64,000 nucleotides of DNA from an uncultured Bifidobacteriaceae bacterium (GTDB lineage: Bacteria; Bacteroidota; Bacteroidia; Cytophagales; UBA9547), in assembly GCA_964572965.1 (NCBI GenBank), contig CAZNHL010000009.1, forward strand, positions 4,836-68,835, read 5' to 3'. A program made the translations under genes and the position numbers. Under the pieces are notes generated by a model. That model searched no databases. It was given only the letters and a program-made list of their open reading frames with translations, and was not told the origin of the DNA. Shown here piece after piece: positions 53,583-61,997 of the stretch; within the stretch, counting starts at the first letter, position 1, and each line of letters starts with the position of its first letter.

Positions 53583-53736
53583 TATGTAAAGATTTTGCTG
53601 TTTTCTTTACATAGCAAAACCTATATGTAAAGAAAATCAATTTTTCTTTACATATGCAAAGTGTTATGTAAAGATTTTGCCGTTTTCTTTACATAGCAAA
53701 CCTCATATGTAAAGAAAAGTTAAAAATCTTTACAGA
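53583..53736. repeat. Four palindromic units TATGTAAAGA-N11-TCTTTACATA at an exact 41-bp period
   Basis: Left arms at 53583, 53624, 53665 and 53706; units 1+2 and 3+4 form an 82-bp duplication. The last right arm is TCTTTACAGA. Confidence 0.95.
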
Positions 53737-54093
53737 TACCTATCTCTCACTTTTTTATCAAAAACACTCACCTTAAAAATTCTATTTTCTACCGCTTCAA
53801 ATCAGTCTTTCACCGAAGTCCTGTTTCTACTGAAAAAATGCTGTTTTAAATTTTAAAAAAATTAAGAAGATGCATAATCAAAAGGCCGGAACTAATCCTA
53901 CTCAGAAGAAGCCAATCCGTAAAAAAAATGGTGTTGAACTAACGGCAAAGCGGGTAGTTAAAACGGGTACACACCTGCCCGTGATGCTGCAAGTCGGTGT
54001 TTTCGGGTTATTTTCTCCGCTAGGCTGGTAGTGCGTTGCTATTCTATGAAGTAATTTGTTAATTGGCTTATTCCGGTTATAAATTCTACATAG

Positions 54094-55158
54094 ATGAAAG
54101 GTGCATCTCTCACGGCTTTGGTGCTGGTGTTTGTTTTGGCTGTTCTTGGTTTAACAGTCGCTTTTACTTTTTTACACCCTTCAAAAAAGCTTTTCGGAAA
54201 AATAACCGTTGATGGCAGTAAAACTCTAGTGGTATCTGAGATTTCAGCATCCAGAAAATCCCGTTTCCTAAGTGTTGCCGATTCTTTGTTTTTCCGCTTC
54301 GATTCTCTGGCTAAAGTTTCAAAACCAATAATGGGTTATCGTTTTTGCATTGTGGGAAACTTTGACAGCGACCAGATTGCTGATACATTGGTTGAATGTT
54401 ATACTGATTCTTTGCTAAAAACGGAGGTAGCAAAATACGATGAAGTTTATGAATATGCAGATGTTTTGTACCGTGCCGGATACTACAATTACCAGTCATT
54501 TATGAAAGTAAAAGGTAAGTCAGACATTGCCCATTTACCGGGTGCTTTTCTTGGTTTTAGTTATGTGGAAAACTGTGGTGACCTGAACGGAGATCGGCGC
54601 GACGAGGTGTTTTGTGTCAAAAACCATGGTGGCTATTCAAATGTAACAACGGGGTATTTTTATACACTGACCGATACCGGCTGGGCTGAGCTAAACAGGA
54701 CGGGTGTTTGGTTATGGATGTTTCCGCCGACACCAGGTGCCGCTATGGTTAGTTCTATGTTTGGCGCTTTTGAGTTTGGTTATACTGGCTCAGACAGTAT
54801 GGATATAGCATTGGAAAAACAATTAAAGGAATTTCAGTATGTAGTGCGGAAGGGAAAATGTGCGGTGGAATTTGAATGTATGAGTTTCCTTGAAATGGAC
54901 GAAGCGCTGGATGAAGATGACTATTACAAAAAGCGGTTTAAGAAAACTAAAACAGGCAACGAAATATTCCTGACAGACCAATATTATAAAGCATTGTCCT
55001 ACCCTGCTTCTGTACTGAATATGACCGGTGACGATAAAGGAAATTATATTTTACCTATCAATGACGGAGCTTCGTCTTTGCTGGTAAGGGTAAATACCTG
55101 CTCACCCGAATCACCGTTCAGGTTAAGGAAGAGTTTTAATAAAGTTTGGCTGCAATAA
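54094..55158 (+). CDS. Membrane-anchored hypothetical protein with FG-GAP/DxDxDG-like loops
   Basis: N-terminal TM helix; GNFDSDQIADTL and GDLNGDRRDEV resemble Ca-binding beta-propeller loops. Confidence 0.62.
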   Translation: MKGASLTALVLVFVLAVLGLTVAFTFLHPSKKLFGKITVDGSKTLVVSEISASRKSRFLSVADSLFFRFDSLAKVSKPIMGYRFCIVGNFDSDQIADTLVECYTDSLLKTEVAKYDEVYEYADVLYRAGYYNYQSFMKVKGKSDIAHLPGAFLGFSYVENCGDLNGDRRDEVFCVKNHGGYSNVTTGYFYTLTDTGWAELNRTGVWLWMFPPTPGAAMVSSMFGAFEFGYTGSDSMDIALEKQLKEFQYVVRKGKCAVEFECMSFLEMDEALDEDDYYKKRFKKTKTGNEIFLTDQYYKALSYPASVLNMTGDDKGNYILPINDGASSLLVRVNTCSPESPFRLRKSFNKVWLQ

Positions 55159-55173
55159 CTCCGCGATAAACTA

Positions 55174-55902
55174 TCAGTTATAATGGAGCTCCATTGTCCT
55201 TCCTCTAGACATGTATTTGATTTTGTCGAGCCGGAACCCTAAGGCTAGTGCAAAAACATTGGCGCTGCTACTCGGATAATTGTCGATAGCTAAATTTCCG
55301 GCAAAGGTTGTGTTGCTACTTTTTACAAGGTTATCGGGATACAGAATGCACTTTATATAGCTGTTTCTTAATGTGTATTGTAAAAAGACTGATGTATGAA
55401 AAACATCTACTCTGTCTGAGAACCATTCTGATTTCTTGGTTTTAGAATCATCCTGCCAGATTTTCTCTTTGTAGTTCATAAAGATATTCAGCTCTGCTCC
55501 TCCTGAAAGGTATGATTGCCGGCTAAGTTTTCCGAGTTTAACAGCCAGAGGAATCACAAGTGCATAAATGCGCTTTTTTGTTTTTAGCTCCGTGCCTGCT
55601 GTGGCACCTGGTGCAAAATAAACCGGTCTGTCAATAAAACCAATATTGCGGACACCCAGCCCGGTATATAAACCAAAGGATTTTGAAAGGTTAAAATGAA
55701 ACTCATGCCCGGCATTAATCACAGGGGAAAATCTGATTTTATCGGTAATAGGTTCTCCATTCTGATATGTATTTGAACCTGAAAACAGCATTTCCAGATA
55801 AGAATACTGCTCGAATTTTTTCTGACTGGCGTTAGCTGCTGTCTGTGAAAACCCTGCTTTACAAATAAATAGTAAACAAACAATAATGCTGTATTTCTTC
55901 AT
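55174..55902 (-). CDS. Outer membrane beta-barrel (porin-like) protein
   Basis: Signal peptide; G.YTGLG.RNIG, alternating beta strands, IPLA.K.G, and C-terminal ALGFRL. Confidence 0.75.
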   Translation of the reverse strand: MKKYSIIVCLLFICKAGFSQTAANASQKKFEQYSYLEMLFSGSNTYQNGEPITDKIRFSPVINAGHEFHFNLSKSFGLYTGLGVRNIGFIDRPVYFAPGATAGTELKTKKRIYALVIPLAVKLGKLSRQSYLSGGAELNIFMNYKEKIWQDDSKTKKSEWFSDRVDVFHTSVFLQYTLRNSYIKCILYPDNLVKSSNTTFAGNLAIDNYPSSSANVFALALGFRLDKIKYMSRGRTMELHYN

Positions 55903-56105
55903 AAGTAGTTATTACCCGACATTTAACGAAGCCAAAAGGCTGAATATTATTGTATGAAATACACACCCTGTGAACCGAAAAATCAGCCCCCAACTTTAGT
56001 TATCCGTTTTTCTGTGGTAATTCGGACGGACAGTTTCGGCAAGCACAATTACCACGGCCATACATAAAATTTTTGAAATATGAGACGCGATAAATCGCGT
56101 CTCCT

Positions 56106-56543
56106 CTATATAGTTTTTCTTTTTGTGTATTTTTCGTAATCGGGCATTGCTATCTGATATTTTTCTTTGAAAAAAGGTGATGTAATAAGAAAGTCGGCTG
56201 TGGAGCGGCTGCATGCCAATGGTATATTCCAGACAGCTGCCAGTCTTAGTAATGCTTTAATATCCGGATCGTGCGGAAGGGCTTCCATCGGATCCCAGAA
56301 GAAAATGACGATATCTATCTTTCCTTCGGCGATCATGGCGCCAATTTGCTGATCGCCTCCAAGCGGCCCGCTCAGAAGTTTATTTACCGGAAAGTTCAGG
56401 GCTTTTTCGATCAGGCTGCCGGTGGTTCCTGTTGCGTGCAGTTCATGGTTAGTTAATGTTGATTCATTACGTATTGCCCAGTCAACCAGCTCCTGCTTTT
56501 TATTGTCATGCGCAATAAGCGCTACTCTTTTTCTTTCTCTCAT
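56106..56543 (-). CDS. mgsA: Methylglyoxal synthase
   Basis: [26 protein letters not shown] and FFWDP....[17 protein letters not shown]. Confidence 0.97.
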   Translation of the reverse strand: MRERKRVALIAHDNKKQELVDWAIRNESTLTNHELHATGTTGSLIEKALNFPVNKLLSGPLGGDQQIGAMIAEGKIDIVIFFWDPMEALPHDPDIKALLRLAAVWNIPLACSRSTADFLITSPFFKEKYQIAMPDYEKYTKRKTI

Positions 56544-56698
56544 CTGAAATTGATAATGGATTCACAACAGTGTTGTGTCAAAATAAACACTATTTTTAGA
56601 GAAATGGCATTTGTGTGTCTGTTATTTTTAAGCCTGCCAGCCAAATTTAGAATATTAACCCTACGATTCTTACGGAAGCTCTAATCTGACATGTGTAT

Positions 56699-56733
56699 AA
56701 AAGGCCCCGCAAAAAATATTTACGAGGCCCTTT
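56699..56733 (-). terminator. Probable terminator after the alkene reductase
   Basis: Imperfect AAAAGGCCCCG...CGAGGCCCTTT stem; T run on the minus strand. Confidence 0.5.
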
Positions 56734-56750
56734 GGGTTTATCCACATTAC

Positions 56751-57830
56751 TTATTGATAAGTCGGATAGTCGGTATACCCTTCAGCACCAGTCGTATAGA
56801 AAAGATCCATTTTCAAATCCTTGCTTAGGGGCCAGTTGTTTTCAAAACGTGCCGGCAAATCGGGATTGTTGATAAACGGTTTCCCGAATGCTACAAGGTC
56901 TCCTTTTGATGCTGCTAAATCTACTTCTGCAGTTTCTTTATTGTAGCCTCCACTCAAAATATAAAGCCCTTTGAATTTTGTACGGATCAGGGATTTCACC
57001 TTAGGAGATACTGCTGGTGCACCCATAGCAGAATGATCAACCACATGTACATAGACGATACCTATTTTATTCAGCTCTTCGGCCAGATAAGCGTAGGTTT
57101 CATCTACCTGATTATATGGCGGCATGTCGCTGGCAATTCCATAAGGAGAAACACGGATTCCAACTTTGTCTTTTCCGATTGCTGCAGCTGTTTCAGTAAC
57201 TACTTCTAAAACAAAACGGGCCCTGTTTTCAATACTTCCTCCATAGTTGTCAGTCCGGACATTGGTTACCGGATTCAGGAATTGCTCCAGTAAATAGCCG
57301 TTTGCGCTATGTAATTCTACTCCGTCAAAACCTGCTGCAACAGCATTCTTTGCTGCCTTTACAAATTCAGCTTTCGTCTTTTCAATGTCCTCGGCTGTCA
57401 TTGCTTTAGGAACAGGATATGGTTTCATCCCATCTTTATCGGTATGTATTTCTCCAGCTGCTTTTACAGCCGATGGTGCCAGTACTTCTGCACCTTCCGG
57501 GAGGTTAAGTGGGTGTCCGATTCTACCTGTATGCATGAGCTGTACAAAAATACGAGAGCTTTGAGCATGTACTGCTTCTGTTATTTTTTTCCAGCCATTT
57601 ATCTGTTCTTCTGAAAATATACCAGGGATACGTGCATAGCCCAAGCCGTTTGGTGATGGCGATGTCCCCTCTGTAATAATTAAACCGGCGCCGGACCGCT
57701 GGCCATAATAGATAGCTCCAAGTTCGCCCGGAATGTTACCGATGCTTCTTGAGCGGGTCAGTGGTGACATGACTATTCTGTTTTTCAGAGTAATGTTACC
57801 CAGTTGTGCATGTGAAAAAAGTATGGACAT
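56751..57830 (-). CDS. Alkene reductase, Old Yellow Enzyme family (NemA-like)
   Basis: LKNRIVMSPLTRSR, GLIITEGT, QLMHTGR, GFDGVELHSANGYLLEQFL, RTDNYGGSIENRARF and VAFGKPFINNPDL. Confidence 0.93.
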   Translation of the reverse strand: MSILFSHAQLGNITLKNRIVMSPLTRSRSIGNIPGELGAIYYGQRSGAGLIITEGTSPSPNGLGYARIPGIFSEEQINGWKKITEAVHAQSSRIFVQLMHTGRIGHPLNLPEGAEVLAPSAVKAAGEIHTDKDGMKPYPVPKAMTAEDIEKTKAEFVKAAKNAVAAGFDGVELHSANGYLLEQFLNPVTNVRTDNYGGSIENRARFVLEVVTETAAAIGKDKVGIRVSPYGIASDMPPYNQVDETYAYLAEELNKIGIVYVHVVDHSAMGAPAVSPKVKSLIRTKFKGLYILSGGYNKETAEVDLAASKGDLVAFGKPFINNPDLPARFENNWPLSKDLKMDLFYTTGAEGYTDYPTYQ

Positions 57831-58029
57831 ATGATTTTGGTTTTAATTTCGCTGTATAGAAGATACATGTTTTCACAACAAATTTCCAGTTGCCGGAATA
57901 TTAAAATTTCATCGCTGATCTGGTCTATTCCACAGGTTTAATACCACCGGAAAGGTATAATCTCACTCGCGGAATAATGTTGCTTCGGAATAGGACTCTA
58001 TGTCTAAAACAATTGTTTTGAAAAGAAAC

Positions 58030-58066
58030 AAAAAGGGGAAGTTCTTTTATCGGAACCTCCCTTTTT
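58030..58066 (-). terminator. Probable terminator after glycogen synthase
   Basis: AAAAAGGGGAAGTTC...GAACCTCCCTTTTT imperfect stem with T tails. Confidence 0.6.
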
Positions 58067-58087
58067 CTGAATATTAAAAAAAACAGT

Positions 58088-59905
58088 CTAACTGAATTTG
58101 CGTTCAATTGCAAGTTCATGGGCTTTGTCATAATATTCCCTCAGATTTGACCAGTCAAAATGTTCTGAAGAACTTTCAACCCTGTTTCTCTGATTGATAC
58201 GCTCTCTGCGCGACTGCACAATAAAATCAAAAAGAATATTTGCCAGCTGCTGTGAAGATTCCTCGTAACTACGGTGATAACGGTTCACAACATAAATTCC
58301 TTTTTCTTCCGGATTTTCTACTTTTTTGATTACATAATCACCAAAACCTGAAAGGTCACTTGTTACTGAAGGCACACCACTGGCCATTGCTTCCAAAGGT
58401 GTATATCCCCATGGCTCATAATAACTTGGAAAAATTCCCAAATGGCAACCACGCACAAACTGTCCATATTCCATACCGAATAGTGGATTGGTTGGTGAAA
58501 TGAAATCTGGGTGATAAACAATTTTCACTTTATCATGTGCATTGTTTACCAGATTTGCAGTACGCAAGAAGCCCAATACTTCGTCATGGTCTGAATGCAC
58601 TAATGTATGGGTTGCAACTTTTGGAAGGTTCCATGTTTTCCAGGACTGCAACGTACGGCGTAAACGCAAACGCCAGTAATCATCTACAAAAAGATTGAGA
58701 TCAGGTAAGGTTTGTGCATGGCTTGATGCCGCAGCTTTGAAGAGCTTCTCTCCTACCTGTTTTTCAATGTTGTCACAAGTGGCACGAATTTCTTCCATTA
58801 CCGCACGTGATTGTAATACTTCAGGATCAATAGAGTGATATGGTTGTTTTGTAACGATAAACATTACCACATTCATGTCAATGTTATTCACCTGCAACAT
58901 GTGGTTTAATCGCGCCAGAGATTCCAGCGTCATATCAAAACCTTTATTTCTGTATTCGAAACGGCCTGAGGTAAAAAAGTATAATGTTTTATCCAGATCA
59001 AAAGAATAGCTCTGGAAGAAGTGTCCCATTACAAATTCATGGATCTGATCTTTGTACTCTTTATGCAATACCTGATGTTCATGCATTGCAGTGAAACGCT
59101 CGATGTTTAAACCGTTTGGTAAAATGAGATCAGGTTTTCTGCCGAGCAAAGCTTCGCACTCATGACCGGTTACTTCACTTACTGTTGTAAATACTTCAGA
59201 ACCATGTGCCGCTGCTCTTTCAATTCTTACAGCAGTTTCAATATTGAAATGGCGGGCTTCGTTGAGCCAGTAATAATTATATAAATTGTCATAGAAGTTT
59301 CCATCGTTCATTGCCAGGTACCTTCCCAGCAAGGTGGCATGGGTTGTAAAGACCGTAGACACGGGTACACCTTCATATCTGAGCTCAGGTATAGCTGTGC
59401 CTACCATCCACTCGTGGAAGTGAGCTACGAGCTTCTTTTCAGATTTTTCTTCTTCATTAATGTCTGCAACGATTCTGATAAATTCTTTTACGAGATAACC
59501 GAAAGCAATTACCTGTGTCTGCAATTCGTCAGCATGTTCGCATGGAATATCATGACGGTCCCACAGGTTGAACTTGATTTCGCCCATTTTCCAGTAAACA
59601 CTGAAAGGATTGATCAGTACAACTAATGGACGACCGGATACAAGCCAGTTACCAAACTGCACTTCTATTCCCATTTCGCGCATACGCAAAACAGCTTTTC
59701 CGTAAGTGCATGAATAATCGTTGATAGGTTCAAACTCAGCAGCTGCCTTACTCTGAAAGTATGGGCCGATCAGGCAATAGTTGCCGTCCCACTTCTTTTT
59801 CATTGAAGGAGCTTTTGAGCGTATCACGGTATAAATACCTCCAACCTGGTTACAAACTTCCCAGGCAACCTCCATCAACATGCTTTCTTGAATTTGATCG
59901 TTCAT
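58088..59905 (-). CDS. Glycogen synthase, GT3 (eukaryote-like) family
   Basis: EVAWEVCNQVGGIYTVIRSK, HFHEW, FTTHATLLGR, SGRFEY.NKG and GIFPSYYEPWGYTPLE (E-X7-E). Confidence 0.93.
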   Translation of the reverse strand: MNDQIQESMLMEVAWEVCNQVGGIYTVIRSKAPSMKKKWDGNYCLIGPYFQSKAAAEFEPINDYSCTYGKAVLRMREMGIEVQFGNWLVSGRPLVVLINPFSVYWKMGEIKFNLWDRHDIPCEHADELQTQVIAFGYLVKEFIRIVADINEEEKSEKKLVAHFHEWMVGTAIPELRYEGVPVSTVFTTHATLLGRYLAMNDGNFYDNLYNYYWLNEARHFNIETAVRIERAAAHGSEVFTTVSEVTGHECEALLGRKPDLILPNGLNIERFTAMHEHQVLHKEYKDQIHEFVMGHFFQSYSFDLDKTLYFFTSGRFEYRNKGFDMTLESLARLNHMLQVNNIDMNVVMFIVTKQPYHSIDPEVLQSRAVMEEIRATCDNIEKQVGEKLFKAAASSHAQTLPDLNLFVDDYWRLRLRRTLQSWKTWNLPKVATHTLVHSDHDEVLGFLRTANLVNNAHDKVKIVYHPDFISPTNPLFGMEYGQFVRGCHLGIFPSYYEPWGYTPLEAMASGVPSVTSDLSGFGDYVIKKVENPEEKGIYVVNRYHRSYEESSQQLANILFDFIVQSRRERINQRNRVESSSEHFDWSNLREYYDKAHELAIERKFS

Positions 59906-60141
59906 GAAAAAATCAATCTATAATTAGCCAACAATACTTAAACTTATGCCCTTATACGGTAAAAATGCCGAAGGTTTCTCTGAATTCCGCTTTTTAGTAA
60001 CAGAAAAGAGAAGCTAAATTAATTAATTTTAAATGACTATCCGCTTCTCTGAACCCTTCTTAAATTTTTCCGCAGAATTTCGCAGATTAAGGTTTAGAAT
60101 TCCATGCTAAATGGATCAGGTAAGGACAATGAAACGGATAC

Positions 60142-61968
60142 TCAATTAATTTTATCACCTCTCAATAATCTGAAGCGTTTTCTTGCTTCAACTGTATAGA
60201 TACTGGAAGGATAATTTTTTAGGAAGTTCTGATAAAGTTCCAGTGCTTTTTCTTTATTCTTCAGATTGACTTCTGCAATAAATGCCTGGTTATAGGCAGC
60301 TTCATCTGCTGTTACAGCTTGTGGATAACTACTTATCAACACCCCAAGCTTCTCATAGGCCTTATCAAAATTCCCTGATTTTCTGTAAATATCAGCAGTA
60401 GTAAGCAATATTTGAGGCATAATGATTTTGTTGCTTCTATAACGCACCTCCATCAGCTGTAACTTTTCGAGCGCTTCTGTTTGCTTATTCCGGAAAACGA
60501 GCAACTCCACTTCGGCATAATTTCTTAACGGCATTCCTGTACTATCAGCGGCAAGGTTATCCTGTATCAGCAAACTTAGTTCAATAGCATCGTTTGAAAT
60601 TTCTCTTGAAGTGGCCAGTTTCAAAACATCAAGCTGGTCTTGCGCCAGCTGAAATTCGTTCTGATAAAAATGTAATTTGGCATCTTTAAATTTAGCCTCA
60701 TGGCCTATGGTTGTTTCTACCTGGGTACGCTCCACCTGCATGTATAACAATGTGGACTCCCAAGGTTCATTTTTCAGTATATACAAATCGGCCAGGTTGA
60801 TTTTTGACTTATCCACAAGGTTCTGATCAAAACGTCCTTGTTTGATTACCTGATTCAACAACACTTCTGCTGTATCAAGTTTTTCCAAATAGAAACCATA
60901 AATTAATGCCTGCGATCTTTTTGCTTCCAGACAGTTGCCACTATTTCCTTCCTGACTGCACACAGATTCATAATCTCTGATAAGTTCACGCAGTTTCAGG
61001 TTATCCACAGGGATAGTATTTTTAACCATCTCTTCCTTGGCGTTAATCATTAAGCGCTTTGCATAAACGTTCTTGTACTCTTTTGCTACGTAATCATAAC
61101 AAAGCACTGCGTTTTCATAGTCCTTATTTTCCAAAGCAATTCTACCGAGATCCAATACTTCCTGTCCCTGCAGCTTAAATCTTTTATCAATTGCTTTTGA
61201 CTGTGTAAATGCACCGAAAAAATCTTTTTCCTGAACATATGCCCAAACCAGTAATTGGCCGTAAGATATATTATCAGGTTCTGCCTGAAGTTTTCTAAGA
61301 ATTACTTTTCTGAGCTTTGTAAGATCTTCCGGCGATTCAGCCAAATTTTGCAATTCACTTTTTACACGATCAATAGAGTTTCCATTGTCAATTGTATTCA
61401 GCAATTCATCAAGCATACTTTCGGTATTGCCTTCGAACTTATAAATGGCTGCTAATTGTGCTGCATAAGCTGCTCTGATTCCCTGCTTTTTCCTGGCCTC
61501 AATAAATAGTTGTTTAGCTATTGTAGATTTGTCGTTTTTCAAAAGGTAGTCTCCCAAATTTTCTGTAGCCTGTTGAGTTGATGAATTTTCTTTAATAACC
61601 TTTTCAATTATTTTTTGCGACTCCTCTGTTTTATCTTGTTTTTGGTAAAGATCTGCAAGGTCTATCTTATATGATGCCTCTTGTGGATAAGTCTTGACTG
61701 CCCTTTTAATTAATTTTTCGGCACCTGTTAGATCCTTTAGGGCAAATTCTGTTTTTAAGTAATTTGAATAAAAGCTTTGTAATGGCTGTTTTCCTTTTTT
61801 AGCTAATTGTTCATAAACTGCTTTTGCTTTATCAAACTCTTTGTTTTGGAAGTATTCATCACCGAGCGCAAGCTCGGAATTTTTTTGAGCAAATACGGTT
61901 ACTGAAAGCAAACATAAAAAAATCAATCCGCGTAGCGGGGGAAAATTTTTGAAAAAGATGATTCTCAT
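60142..61968 (-). CDS. Tetratricopeptide repeat protein (exported)
   Basis: Signal peptide, repeated TPR helices, C-terminal A...YQ..L..YP.SIYT.EARKRFR.LRGD. Confidence 0.85.
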   Translation of the reverse strand: MRIIFFKNFPPLRGLIFLCLLSVTVFAQKNSELALGDEYFQNKEFDKAKAVYEQLAKKGKQPLQSFYSNYLKTEFALKDLTGAEKLIKRAVKTYPQEASYKIDLADLYQKQDKTEESQKIIEKVIKENSSTQQATENLGDYLLKNDKSTIAKQLFIEARKKQGIRAAYAAQLAAIYKFEGNTESMLDELLNTIDNGNSIDRVKSELQNLAESPEDLTKLRKVILRKLQAEPDNISYGQLLVWAYVQEKDFFGAFTQSKAIDKRFKLQGQEVLDLGRIALENKDYENAVLCYDYVAKEYKNVYAKRLMINAKEEMVKNTIPVDNLKLRELIRDYESVCSQEGNSGNCLEAKRSQALIYGFYLEKLDTAEVLLNQVIKQGRFDQNLVDKSKINLADLYILKNEPWESTLLYMQVERTQVETTIGHEAKFKDAKLHFYQNEFQLAQDQLDVLKLATSREISNDAIELSLLIQDNLAADSTGMPLRNYAEVELLVFRNKQTEALEKLQLMEVRYRSNKIIMPQILLTTADIYRKSGNFDKAYEKLGVLISSYPQAVTADEAAYNQAFIAEVNLKNKEKALELYQNFLKNYPSSIYTVEARKRFRLLRGDKIN

Positions 61969-61997
61969 AGTGACGCTTCTTTTGAGGAGGAATGAGC

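Noticed and set aside
53578-53640. N-terminal extension of Fic-3 given by the ORF track
   Set aside because: It reads through the operator array; the Fic-like sequence starts at ATG 53577.
53583-53736. Possible mini-CRISPR array (palindromic repeats at a fixed period)
   Set aside because: Linkers are only 10 bp, variation lies inside the palindrome's spacer and is itself duplicated, and there are no cas genes or leader.
53870-54040. 53-aa ORF (53870-54031) and a loosely structured TAAC...GCGG...CCGC...GTT segment
   Set aside because: No recognisable protein features and only 5-bp stems; not enough for a CDS, ncRNA or attC call.
34600-55200. Calling the accessory block a prophage, ICE or transposon
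   Set aside because: No integrase, transposase, relaxase, structural phage gene, tRNA attachment site or terminal repeat pair could be found, so it is reported only as an island-like cluster.
55921-56005. attC-like site (ATTTAAC...GGCTGA...TCAGCC...GTTATCC) with roughly correct box spacing
   Set aside because: Single instance, weak L-box pairing, no integron integrase, no matching site after the downstream gene, and the upstream gene is the core gene mgsA. An IntegronFinder run would be decisive.
55996-56214. 72-aa minus-strand ORF overlapping the end of mgsA
   Set aside because: It overlaps a confident gene in another frame and has no motif support.
57925-58131. 68-aa minus-strand ORF after glycogen synthase
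   Set aside because: It overlaps the synthase stop and spans its terminator.
120-61455. Numerous 60-130-aa ORFs antisense or out of frame within long genes (for example 17316-18915, 39630-42387, 59339-59626)
   Set aside because: They are shadows of confident long CDSs and have no motifs or independent expression signals.
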